The position numbers and the translations under genes were made by a program. Under the pieces are notes generated by a model, which saw only the letters and a program-made list of their open reading frames with translations, had not been told where the DNA came from and ran no database searches. A stretch of DNA of 63,627 bases, the filler included, from Pirum gemmata (taxonomy: Eukaryota): the NCBI GenBank assembly GCA_002812295.1. It is 19 parts of 19 records of this genome, joined end to end, with 100 filler letters (N's around TTAATTAATTAA, not from the genome) between each part and the next. Parts side by side here need not be neighbours in the genome. Positions count along the whole stretch, not along the records: positions 34,467 to 37,636 come from PDIN01003178.1; positions 37,737 to 40,935 come from PDIN01003179.1; positions 41,036 to 43,915 come from PDIN01003180.1; positions 44,016 to 47,181 come from PDIN01003181.1; positions 47,282 to 50,503 come from PDIN01003182.1; 14 more parts are not named here. One strand, given 5' to 3'. Below are positions 37,566 to 50,355 of this stretch, one piece after another (positions within the stretch are counted from its first letter, which is position 1; every line of letters starts with the position of its first letter).

Positions 37566-39060
37566 TTTTAGAAAGTTAGGCTTATTATTCCACTAATTAC
37601 AGTTAGTTTATTATTATTATTATTATTATTATTATTNNNNNNNNNNNNNNNNNNNNNNNNNNNNNNNNNNNNNNNNNNNNTTAATTAATTAANNNNNNNN
37701 NNNNNNNNNNNNNNNNNNNNNNNNNNNNNNNNNNNNTAATAATAGTAATAATATATTACAAATAAAACTGACAGCACTCTGATAGCTATGGGGGGTATAA
37801 AAAATTGTATGATAAAATATAATATTTCACGGCCGTGATATTGTATATGAAAAATTTTATTGCAATAATACCCTACCGTATATAAAAATAACACTAATAA
37901 AGTACTAATAATGATAATGAGAATGTATAAATTATTTACAAAATTATCTATGCTAACTAATTTTATTGTAAAAAAATTCTCGCTTGATAGACTTGATAGT
38001 GACTTGATAGCGTTTACAAAAGAAAGCAAGAAAAATCAGTGAAAAATCTTTTTTTTGGTTTGGGCAGTTTTGGCGGTTTTTTTTATCATTTCATAACATA
38101 AAAAGAAAAGTGATGATAGTCTAGATTCCCTATTAAAAACAGTGAGTAGCTGATGTTTTTTTTTTTCTTATGCATAAAAAAAAAAATAAGCCAATTTAGG
38201 ATTGTAAAGTATCAAAAATGGAAATATCAATATTTTTTAAAAAATTAATTTTTATTTTCTTTGCAGAATCTAGTGCTCCCTCTAGTAAGGCTCTGGAACC
38301 GCCATATTATTTTAAAAATGATTACTTTTAATTATTCATAATAATATATAATATAATATATATATAAAAAAAACGCTCATATCTCCATTGCTATTTTTAC
38401 TATGAAGATGATTATGAAGACAATTATATAGTACATGACTTTTAATATTTATACTTATTATAATCATCATCTTCGTAATGTAATAGCAACAACAATAGAG
38501 ATATGAGTATTTAAAAAGAAATAGGCTACCGCCCGTGGATTCATGTATTGGGGGGAGTTTTGTCCAGTTTCAAACATACCATATACATATACTTATATAT
38601 AGTAAACTATCAGACATTTTATAATTATTTATATTTTAATTATTATTATAATAATTGAGTATATTAATAATTGTATGTATAAACAAGTTCAATTATAAAC
38701 CAAATTATTAAAGATCGATTATAGTTATAATTTTTTTATTTGTTTTATAATATTTAGCTTTAATTTAAGTTGATAATTTTATTAATATTGTCGTTGGGTT
38801 TAGACTTGCTGTAAATTTTATAGAAATACCATAATATATATATGGAACCAAATGTGGGTCTTTCGGTCCTTGGCATATATATTAATTATATAGTCTATGA
38901 TGAACATTTGTGCTGTTCTGTGTTCTGTTTTTGTGTTGTTCTCTTGGTGTAGAAATATTATTTTTTTAATTAAAAAATATTTTTTACTTTAATTTTGTTC
39001 CTAATATTATATAATAATATATAAACGTTTATAGGGCTGTGTATCACAGTTGTGTGATTA

Positions 39061-39525
39061 TTATAAATTACAAGCCTTTGCTAAAACCGAAACATCATTT
39101 AAACCTTTATTATTAGTACAGCATAATGTTAATGTAGTTCCACAATTAATAGCTTGTAATGACATAATGGTTTGGCCACCAAAAGCTGCAGCAGCACCTT
39201 GAATAGCACTCAGTACAGCTTTAGTACATGGACTTCCAGGAACATACTTCAAAACTGTGCTTATTTGCTGCGTACAAGAAAAATTTTCCTCATTTTTTCC
39301 CTTTTCTTTAAATTCATTAACTAATGACTCAGTTCCTTTTTTAATATCATTGCCAAGAACTTCAAATGCTTTTCCCATAGGCTTAATAACTTCACAATCC
39401 AAATCATACCAAGAGCATCTTCTATTTCTAATACTCACATGATTCGAAATAGGAGTGCCCAGAACCAAACCGCAAAAGAGAAGTACTCCTACAAATATTT
39501 TTAAAGTTGTTAATAATGCAAACAT
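39061..39525 (-). CDS. Small secreted cysteine-rich protein, 154 aa
   Basis: Signal peptide, short pro-segment ending in RNRR, and a mature part with 8 Cys. The ORF is compositionally distinct from its flanks. Confidence 0.8.
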   Translation of the reverse strand: MFALLTTLKIFVGVLLFCGLVLGTPISNHVSIRNRRCSWYDLDCEVIKPMGKAFEVLGNDIKKGTESLVNEFKEKGKNEENFSCTQQISTVLKYVPGSPCTKAVLSAIQGAAAAFGGQTIMSLQAINCGTTLTLCCTNNKGLNDVSVLAKACNL

Positions 39526-42500
39526 TGCTGATATTAATTATAATTACAAATACTTATATTATAGTAAGTATATAATATATATTAATTAATATAATAAAAT
39601 TTATTTATTATTAATTATAAGACTTTTTGTTCTATATTGTATAATATTATATATAATATAAAACTTTGTTTTTATGATGTTTAATTAAATTTTTTCTTTT
39701 ATTTTTTAAGTTATATGATATTTTGTTTTAATTTTATTTTTTCTGTTTTGCTCATCGTTTTCACCGTTTATATAATATTATTATGTAATCAATAATTCTA
39801 TTTTTAGCTTTTAAAATTAATATTATTATGTTTTTTTTAAAATAATATCGATATTGATAACATGTATGATATAATATAATATTATATATATTATATCCCA
39901 GATGTGGGAAATCGCGACGCAAAATATCCCACAATTATTGAGAAAATCTGGTAAATTACAAAATCTATATAATACATACATACTGATATGTATAATATTA
40001 TATATGTAATTATTATATTATAGAAAAGGCCCTAACATTTGGTTCCATATTTATTTATTTATTTATATGATATCATAAAAAAAAATAGAATAAAAAATCA
40101 ACTAGAAAAATCAAAAAATTCAAGAACCATCGCAATGATCGCATACACCAGCCAATCAGCTTCCAATCTATATATATATGTATACATATATGTATATAAA
40201 CTATATATAGACTATTTATTTATTTATTTATAAATAATTTTATATATCTAGATATATTACTAGCTAGAGATATATTATATATAACTTATAATATAGCCTT
40301 ATATAGACTGTCTCTGACTCTCTGGCAGTCTCTGCGAGTCTCTGGAGTCTGTAATAGACTATATATAGACTTTATTTTTTTTAAATTTTTTTTCTTGCTT
40401 TCAGCATTGGTGATTTTATCTAATTTTATAATTTTTATATTCTTGAAAAAATAATTGAATGAATAATATTATTTTTTTTAAAAGTTTCTATTTATATAAA
40501 CCAATAACAATAGCTGGAATAGTAAAAAAAATTGAACAGCGCCCGGTGCCCTTGCCTTTTTTAAAAAAAAATAATTAGCATCATAGTTCAGTTTCTTAGT
40601 ACATTAGTAACATAGTAACATACTATCGATAGCTAGAATGAGCTGGCCTTCCACTATGTAAATAAAATACTATAAAATACATGTAGACCTCTAGAACAGT
40701 AAAATATTTTTCACACCAGCGCACTTTTTTTTTTCCAAAGTCTAGCTGTTTCTCTGTTTCTACCTATTTATGATATTTGGTGGTTTACTAATCATTGTGA
40801 AAGCGATTTTGCAGTAGTTTAAGTACTTTTAAAAATAGGTTGTTTTTGTACCCTTTTAGTTTCCCTGTAAATAGTGGGGCAATTTCTATAATGCAGGGTT
40901 TGGCCTAGGCTATATTATTATTATTATTATTATTANNNNNNNNNNNNNNNNNNNNNNNNNNNNNNNNNNNNNNNNNNNNTTAATTAATTAANNNNNNNNN
41001 NNNNNNNNNNNNNNNNNNNNNNNNNNNNNNNNNNNAAAACTATCAATCAATGTTTGGCAATTTTTTTTGTTTTTTTTTGGTTTTGTTTTTTGTTTTTTTA
41101 GTTATATTTTTTTGTTTTTTGCTTATAAATATTATTATATTGTAAATATTGTTAAAAAAAAATTATGATATTATTAAACTTATATTATTATTATTATATT
41201 ATCATTATTATATATATTTGAGTATTATTATAAAAAGGTATAATAAATAATAAATATTAAATTAAATGAACAACAATATTGATGAGTATTATATATTTCA
41301 TATATAGATCAAGTGAAAGACCCAAATCTGGCTCCATATAAATAATTATATTATTTTGTAATGATAATATTAATGTTTTGATGTAATAAGATTAATGGTT
41401 TACGAAATTAAATTAATATAATGATACTGATAACGGCAATTTTAATGTAGTAATAATAGTATTGGTAATGAAAATGATAATAATATAGCTAACCATAATG
41501 TTTATGTTCACGCAGTTTCATAGTACCGGTAATTCATATATAATGGTAATGGTAATGATAATGATAATGGTAATAATACTTAATATTAGTGGTATCGATA
41601 TCATAATGGTAATTGTTTATGATGGTAATGGTATACCGGTAATGGTAATGGTAATAATAACAGTAATGGTAATGGCAATGGTAATGGTAATGGTAATATT
41701 AATGGTAATGGTAATAGTACTGGTAACGGTAATGGAAATGGTAATGGTAATGGTAAAGACAATGGTAAAACTGACAGCAATGGTAAAGGTAATGCTACAG
41801 GCAATGGTAATGCTAATGCTAATGCTAATGCTAATGCTAATAGCAATGGTAATGGTAATGGTAAAGGTAATGGTAATACTAATTAATGGCAATGGTAATG
41901 CTAATGCTAATGCTAATGCGAATGGTAATGCTAATGCTAATGGAAATGCTAATGATAATGCTGATGCTAATAATAATGATAATGGTAATGGTATTGGTAT
42001 TGGTAATGGTAATGGTAATGGTAATGGTAATGGTAATGGTAATGATAATGGTAATGGTACCGGTAATGGTAATGGTAATGGTAATGATAATGATAATGAT
42101 AATGGTAATGGTAATGGTAATGATAATGGTAATGATGATGATAATGATAATGATAATGATAATGGTAATGGTAATGGTAATGGTAATGGTAATGGTAATG
42201 GTAATGGTAATAGTATTGGTAATGGCAATGATATATAATAGAAACAGTAACTGTAACGATAATTAATGTATAATTATAACAGCATTAATTGAACCATAAA
42301 TATTATTATCCATATAGCTCAAGTATGATACTTTGTGTACTTAATCGGTTGTTTAATGAAATACTAATGAGTAAAGCTTTATAATAAATAAACAACGTTC
42401 TGGTTTTCTGAGGAAAACGGTATGATGTGAACCCCCAAATTTAAAAAGTAATGATTATTTCGGACGATTCGAACCGAGCCAAAAAAAAGCTAACCCTAAT

Positions 42501-45500
42501 CCTGACCCTGACCCTAACCCTAACCCTAACCCTAACCCTAACCCTAACCCTAACCCTAACCCTAACCCTAACCCTAACCTTAACCCTAACCCTAACCCTA
42601 AGCATTGGATTGTCTTGGTCCACTTGATCCAATTTGAAACAACTTGGTTGGTTGGGCGCCGGTCCGGGAAAGTCAGTTACAACAAAAGATTACAATATTA
42701 TTATAACGTAACCAATTTCCTGTCAAATACAGCTTCAAATACCCCTACCTATCTACCCCTCGACGTTAATATCCGGTCAAAATCCACCTACTTACCTACC
42801 CCTTGACGTGACGTATTATTTGAATGCTTCCTAAGTATATCGTAATTTTATTGGAAGAATTACGTTATTATAGTGGAATTCAAATGGCGAATTCCTTATT
42901 TGGTAGTATTTACCCCAAAAAATCTATATATAGTAAATAATAGCTAAAAAAAATTGTATATCGTAATTTTATTGGAAGAATTACGTTATTATAGTAGACT
43001 ATATATTGGTCAAAATTATGAATTCGAGTTTCGAAATATAGGCCTCTCCCAATTCTGCTCAAACCCGAAAACTCGAATTTCTGCTGTGAAAAAAAAAGCC
43101 AAAATTCAGCTACGTTCGAAAAATATTTTTTTTTCATATTTTTCGGGTTATAAATAAATAAATATATTTGAATACTTAATTGTAAGCTTGAACATTTCAA
43201 ACTTATTAATTAATATACAGACTCGAAATCTCGATTTTCAAACACAGTAGAATTGGGAGAAGCCTCTCCCAATCCTGCTCGAGCCCGAAAACTCGAATTT
43301 CTGCTTTCGAAAAAAACCCCGAAATTTAGCCCTATTCGAAAATTATTTTTTCCATTTTTCGGGTTTATAAATAAATAAATATACTCGAATACTTAACTGT
43401 TAGATTAAAATTTTCGAACTTATTTAATTAATGCATAGGCTCGAAAACTGGATTTTTTAAACAAAGCAGAATAGGGAGAACTACTAGCTAGCTAGTGGCT
43501 AGCTACTACTAGTTAGCTAGCTATGGCACAAGCAATAATTTTTAAAAAAACAACCAACTTTTAGGTTTCACTTGAATTTTAAGTTTTCGAACATAATCAA
43601 TATAATAGGTATTCAACAATTTTCAAACTTTCAAACATATAATAAAAAAAGGTAGTATTAAATTTTTATGATAATTAATTTTTTAAAAAACAAGTAAAAA
43701 AAAGTAGGACGTTTTTAAAAATTGTTTGCAACATATTACTACTACTACTACTACTANTTTTAAAAAAACAACCAACTTTTAGGTTTCACTTGAATTTTAA
43801 GTTTTCGAACATAATCAATATAATAGGTATTCAACAATTTTCAAACTTTCAAACATATAATAAAAAAAGGTAGTATTAAATTTTTATGATAATTAATTTT
43901 TTAAAAAACAAGTAANNNNNNNNNNNNNNNNNNNNNNNNNNNNNNNNNNNNNNNNNNNNTTAATTAATTAANNNNNNNNNNNNNNNNNNNNNNNNNNNNN
44001 NNNNNNNNNNNNNNNATAATAATAATAATAATAATAACCATAACCACCATAACCACCATAACCATCATAACCAACACCCAACCACGCCCATACCATAACC
44101 ATGTACAAAACATCACCATCACAATCCCCATCACAATCACCATCACCATCGCCATCACCACCATCACCATCATCACCAACACCATCACCATCACTAACAC
44201 TGTCACCAACATCAACATCAACACCACCATCATTAAAATTCATACCTCATATCCTACTTTCTTTCTACGCTTACTATTTTCAACTCTACGATTATTGTTA
44301 TTAAACTATGTACAAAACATCACCATCATTATCACCACCGACACCACCATCACCACCATCACCATCACTATCATCACCACCATCACCATCACCATCACCA
44401 ATCCAACATCAACATCAACATCAACACCATCATCATTAATACTCATCCTCATCCTGCTTTTTTCAACTCTACGGTTATTATTGCTAAACCACGTACAAAA
44501 CATCACCATCATTATCACCATCACCATCACCATCACCAACACCAACACCATCACCACCACCATCACCATCACCACCATCATCATCACCAATACCAACACC
44601 AACATCAACATCAACATCAACACCATCATCATAATATTTATACCTCATATCCTGATTTCTTTTTACGCTTACTATTTTCAACTCTACGGTTATAGTTATT
44701 TTCAGTGTTATCAGAAGAGTCATCTGTACTTTCCCCATTACTACTACTACTACTACTACTGCCACTATCACCATCATCATCACTACTTTGTTCATTATAA
44801 TCTATCTTCTTGCAATATCCTAGCTTTGCTTTTCTTACTTCCAATTCTTCATCTGAACCATCATTATGCCGATCTGTCTTCTCTTTTATACTGTCTACTG
44901 TTTTGTTTTTCTTTCGTTTTTCGCTTTTTTGTTCTCTTTCGTTTTCGCTTTCGCTTTCGCTATCTAAACCACTATTTTGACTATCTGTATTCTTCTTTTT
45001 GTGATCTGAAGTGCTTTGATTCCCAGAATAAAATCCAGTTTGTTTGATTTCGCACGTTAAACATTGACAGTGTTCATTATTTTTCCCGAAAAAATCTCGA
45101 CCGTAAAAAGTAGCAATTTCGTCTCTATAATTTTATTTTTTAATTTATTTTTTAATTTAATTTTGTGGATTTTTTGGATTTTTAAGTGTTTTTATTATTA
45201 TTATTAAAATAAAAAATGGAAACGAAACGAAGGTAAAACACAATAACCTTGCTATTCTATTATTATTATTATTATTATTATAATAATAATAATAATAATA
45301 ATTCGGATTGAAATTTGAAACTGAATCCACTACGGATAAAAATTGCAACATTCAGCTCAAAAATCCGAAAAATCTCAAAATGCTCTAATTTTAATGAAAA
45401 TACAAACTAAATACAACCAAATTTTGAGAAATTGTCTAACTAAGAAAACTATATTTATTATGATTCATGAACCAAAAAATTAATAGGTTTTTCTATCATA

Positions 45501-45541
45501 GTAGGTTTTTAGAAAAAAGAAGCCGAAAAAGAATGATGGCT

Positions 45542-45576
<35 letters not shown>

Positions 45577-45986
45577 ATAGACCGTCCATATGTACTTATA
45601 TATATATTGGGCGGCAATTTAGGCCAATGACAATTATAACTTACGTTTTGTGAATGGCTCCTTATGTCAAGACCAGCTCAAGTTTGGATGGGACAGCCTC
45701 TCGTAGGGGACAGCCTAGCTAGCTAGGTGGGATAGTTGCTAGTTGGGTGGGAAGCAGGATAGACCCTAACCATAGACCAGTCTAGATAGCATAGCTAGGA
45801 CCACGTACGGTCAACTTGAAGCAAGGTTGTCAAATCCGACTTTTTCATAATATCATATAGTAACGTCACTTTAAACTACCCCTGTGAGAGACTTTGAGAC
45901 AGCCTAGGGGTGGGAAGCAGGTATCATAGACCTCCTAGCTACTACTAGCTAGTAGCTAGCTAGGACCATGTACGGTCAACTTGAAG

Positions 45987-46378
45987 TAGGGTTGTCAAAT
46001 CCGACTTTTCCATATACGGTAACGTCACTTTAAAAAAACTACCCCTGTGAGAGACTTTGAGCCCACCTTCATATTTTTTGAATCGGATCGATGCAGGAAA
46101 AGGTCCCGAATCATATTCTGCTATTATATAAAATTGGTCGAGTAATTTGAGTTAGGGTTTCGGTCGGTTTCGAGTATTTGGACCCCGACTGAAAATCCCG
46201 ACTCGAATTACTCGATCAATTTAAAAAATCAAAAAATAATGATAAGAGAATATGATTCGGGACCTTTTCCTGCATCAATCCGATCCGACTCAAAAAAATA
46301 TGAAGCCGAGCCCTAATAGGGGTAGTTTAATTACAGTGATGTTTGTGTGTATGGAAAAAGTCGTATTTGACAACCCTG
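45987..46378. mobile_element. Fold-back (almost fully palindromic) element with (C/T)AGGGTTGTCAAAT termini, hAT-like
   Basis: Three nested inverted blocks span ~390 bp. The left end plus flank is tandemly duplicated at ~45745-45898. Confidence 0.75.
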
Positions 46379-47352
46379 CCGGGGACACACCAGTAGTGTG
46401 CCTAGCTAAATGTCCCAATTCTACTCTGTTTAAAAATCGATATTTCGAGTCTGTGTATTAATTAATAAGTTCGAAATGTTGAATATTACAATTAAGTATT
46501 CAAATATATTTATTTATTCATTAGCCCGAAAAATATGAAAAAAAAAGTTTTTCGAACGGAGCTGAATTTTGGCTTTTTTTGACAGCAAAAATTCGAGTTT
46601 TCGGGCCCAGAGCTGGTGCCACTGTGTGCCACGAAAAAGAATCCTTTTTTAGAAATATTTGAAAAATTTTAATCTTTTCCTTGATCTTTAATTGGTTAAA
46701 GTTTTCCAGCTTTTTTTTTTTTTTTTTCATTTTTTTTTTAGTATGACATAAGATAAGCAAGCACATACAAAATTACAAATTGATACAATGTCATTTTTTT
46801 TTATCATTGTATACCATAGATTTTTTTTTTCTGGAACCTTTTTTTTATGCTATGATATATCATATATACAATAATAATATATACTTATTTTAGTGTTGAT
46901 GGTTGTTGTTGTTGGTTGTTGTTATTATTGTTGGTTGTTGCTATTATTGTTGTTGTTAACCTTGTTAAGATAAATGATGGTTGTTGTTATTTTGTTGCTA
47001 ACCTTGTTAAGATAAATGATACTGTGATGAAAAAATCTATAATTATTGCAAAGTAATAAAATTTAAACACTGCTTAAATTTTAGTACTGCTAACCCTAAC
47101 CCTAACCCTAACCCTAACCCTAACCCTAACCCTAACCCTAACCCGCTTTAACGCTGAAAAACATGGTACCTTTCATTTTTTNNNNNNNNNNNNNNNNNNN
47201 NNNNNNNNNNNNNNNNNNNNNNNNNTTAATTAATTAANNNNNNNNNNNNNNNNNNNNNNNNNNNNNNNNNNNNNNNNNNNNTATGATTTACTTGATTGGT
47301 GAAATGATTTTTCCAATAGATTGTTTTTAGCCTAAGTGGCTAAGTTTTTCTT

Positions 47353-47452
<100 letters not shown>

Positions 47453-48255
47453 TTTAGACATTGCAAAGTTGCAAATGCAAACCTTTGAAAATTGACAAGC
47501 ACCAATAGTTGAATAGTATTTTAAAGCTTTTGACTAATTAAAACATTGTTCGTAGTTGATTCGTCCGTTTTTGGCCTGGAATCTTTCAGTTATGCTGTGT
47601 TATGCCTATCACAGCCTGTGTATTGTGTAAGTTGTAAATGACACAGAGTACTTGGGTGTGCTCTAAGCCAATCGTATGATTTTTACTCTATCAAATGGTC
47701 AAAAATTCTATCGATGGATCTTGACTAACGCGAAGCCAGGCATAAAGTTGAAATATACAATAAATAGTACCTAATAAATGCAATATAAATTTATTTGGTA
47801 TGTTTAGGTATGTTTTAGTATCTATGTGTTGATTTAACAATGTCAGTTTAAAGATTATAACCCTCCAAATAAATATTTGGAGTGGCAAAATAAATGAAAA
47901 GCATGGTTCATTATTTTATATATATATTTTTTTTAAAAAAAAAAAATTTTTATCTTCTCATCTTGTTGTTTGGTAGTGTTTGGTTCTCTAGCGTTATATG
48001 GTACTAAAAAAAATAAAAAACATTTTTGAGAATGTATTTATAGAGTAGTTTGTGAAATAAAAACAAAAAGCAAAAAAAATAAAAAAAATAAAAAATAAAA
48101 TCAAAAAATCAAAATCAAAAATTATATATTTTGAGAATATATAAACAACAACAACAATTTTTTAATAGTAGTAATAATAATAGTAAAAGCAATAGTTAAA
48201 ATCAATAATAAATAAATAGATATATAAATATTCAAAATAATAATAATAAAGCAAT

Positions 48256-48355
48256 ATGACTGTAATTTTAAATAGTGGTAATAAAAATGAAACTGATAGT
48301 TTCAGACTATCAACGGTCATAGACATTGACGAAACTAAAGAAAATAATAATAATG

Positions 48356-48390
<35 letters not shown>

Positions 48391-50355
48391 AATACTAATA
48401 CTATTACTAATACCAATACCAATGCTAATAATAATAATAATAATAATAATAAAACAAATAGTGAACTATCATCTAAATCAACAAGAGAAACAGTAATAGA
48501 TTTGAATATAATACAAAAGGAAAAAATGAAAAGGCTGGCTCACAAAAAACAAAACGAAATATTAAAATCCTTAATAGAAATTGACGTTAGAAAATTAAAT
48601 AAAGCAGCCAATAAAAACAAAATCAGATCTGCAATCGAACACAAGTGTAAATTGGAACGCAGAAAGTTGTGGGTCTACTTTTTGTGGTGGATTATTCCAT
48701 TGTATTGGAATATCCCTTTAGTTGTTTTGGCTCTATATCCACACTTATACGATGCCAGAGCTCTGAAAATAGATCCTCACGCCAAAATCCATTACGGACG
48801 AGGTATGACTTTGTTAGCTATCAGTTTGAACTTCTTTTTTTGTGTTTTTTCTAGAAATGAATTTTTTGTGTGGGCCATTTACTGTATTAACGTGGCAACC
48901 ATAAATACCCTATTCCCTAACACAGTAAAGTTTAAAAAGTTTTTAAATAATTTTTGTTATAATGTTGGTGGTTTGCATACGGGTTGTGCGTTCTTTATGG
49001 TTGTAGGTTATATTATACATTTAGCCTGTTTTTATCATGATGTTGTTGTGGACGTGTTAAACTCTGTAGTGTTAATAGGAATAATAGTCATTAGTATTTT
49101 TGCTTTGCCTTCGAGACACAAAACAAAAAGCTACAACCATGACCGATTTGAGTTTAGTCATCGTTTTATTGGTTGGTTTTTAACCCTGATTATTGTAGGA
49201 CAAATTATTTATGAAGCAGTGATAAATGAAAAGAAAGATTGTTTATACATAGCTACTGCAACTTTACTAGGAATGTCGTGTGTTTTAATCATATATCCTT
49301 GGATGATTCTGATTAAAGCAAAAGTAGTATTAACACCTGTTTCTAAGTTAGTAACTGTTATTTCAATCCCGGAAAAAAGCAAACCTATTTGGGCCAAACC
49401 AGGGACGGCTGGTAAAGTTTCGCTTTCTTATGCAGGTCAGTGTCATCCGTTTGCCTTGCTAGGAGATTTATCAGGCGGGAAAGGGGCAACTATGGCTGTT
49501 AGTAGTGTTGGAGATTGGACGAAAGGATTAAACAAAATGAGTGAAGTGAACAAAGTACAACACACAAGTAATAGCTTAGAGACTTCTGACCATAGCAACT
49601 TAGACCAAAAGGCTGCCGTTTTGCAATGTAAAGAAAAAGCGAATACTGCTGCGGTGGATAGCGAAAAAATGAGAAACGTAATCCAAAATTTAACCGAACA
49701 ACAACAACAACATCTAACTACATTGTATATTCGCAGATTTGGTATGCCTGGGTTTATGTATTTAATCCGTACCTACAAAAGAGTGCTATGTGTAGGGACT
49801 GGAGCTGGTATAGCCCCGATTGCTGCCTACCTACCTTGTGACGCGGACCGCATGGCTTTACTATGGGTTGGACGACAATTTGAATCTACCTATGGGGATT
49901 TATACAAACACGTTAGTAAACATGAAAATTTAGTTAAAATTGATAGTACTCTCCCTAATTCAGACACCAATCCTTATATGTTGGGGGAGAAAACAAGTAA
50001 ACCAAAAAGAAAACTAAGCAAAAAAATAAGTGAAGGTCTAAGCGATCGGTTTTCTTCATTCCGTAGTCAAAAAAGACGAAACAGTCAACAAAATCAAGAA
50101 AGTCAACGAAATGGAATTGAGATAGAAAATAATGTAGTGGATATAGATTTAGAAGCTCAAAAAATTCCTGGCGAGTCAGCTGCTGCTGCAGTTACTAAAG
50201 TTAGACCTAATTTAAATAATTTAACTTTAGCGTGCGCCAAATTGTTTGATGTTGACGCCATTTTTGTGGTGTCCGGCTCAAAACCAACTTACGAATTATG
50301 CCATCATATGTGGAAACATGGATACGTTGTTTATGGTGCAACTTTTGATAGTTAA
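48256..50355 (+). CDS. TmpA-like membrane flavoprotein oxidoreductase (ferric-reductase-like TM domain plus FAD/NAD(P)-binding FNR-like domain), 699 aa
   Basis: Motifs RNE, GGLHTG, HDRFEFSHRFIGW, HPFA, VGDWT, TGAGIAP and C-terminal GATFDS. About 7 hydrophobic helices. Intronless. Confidence 0.85.

Noticed and set aside
43517..43915. Exact ~160-bp direct repeat
   Set aside because: The copies are identical and separated by a single N at a contig end, so this is probably an unmerged assembly overlap.
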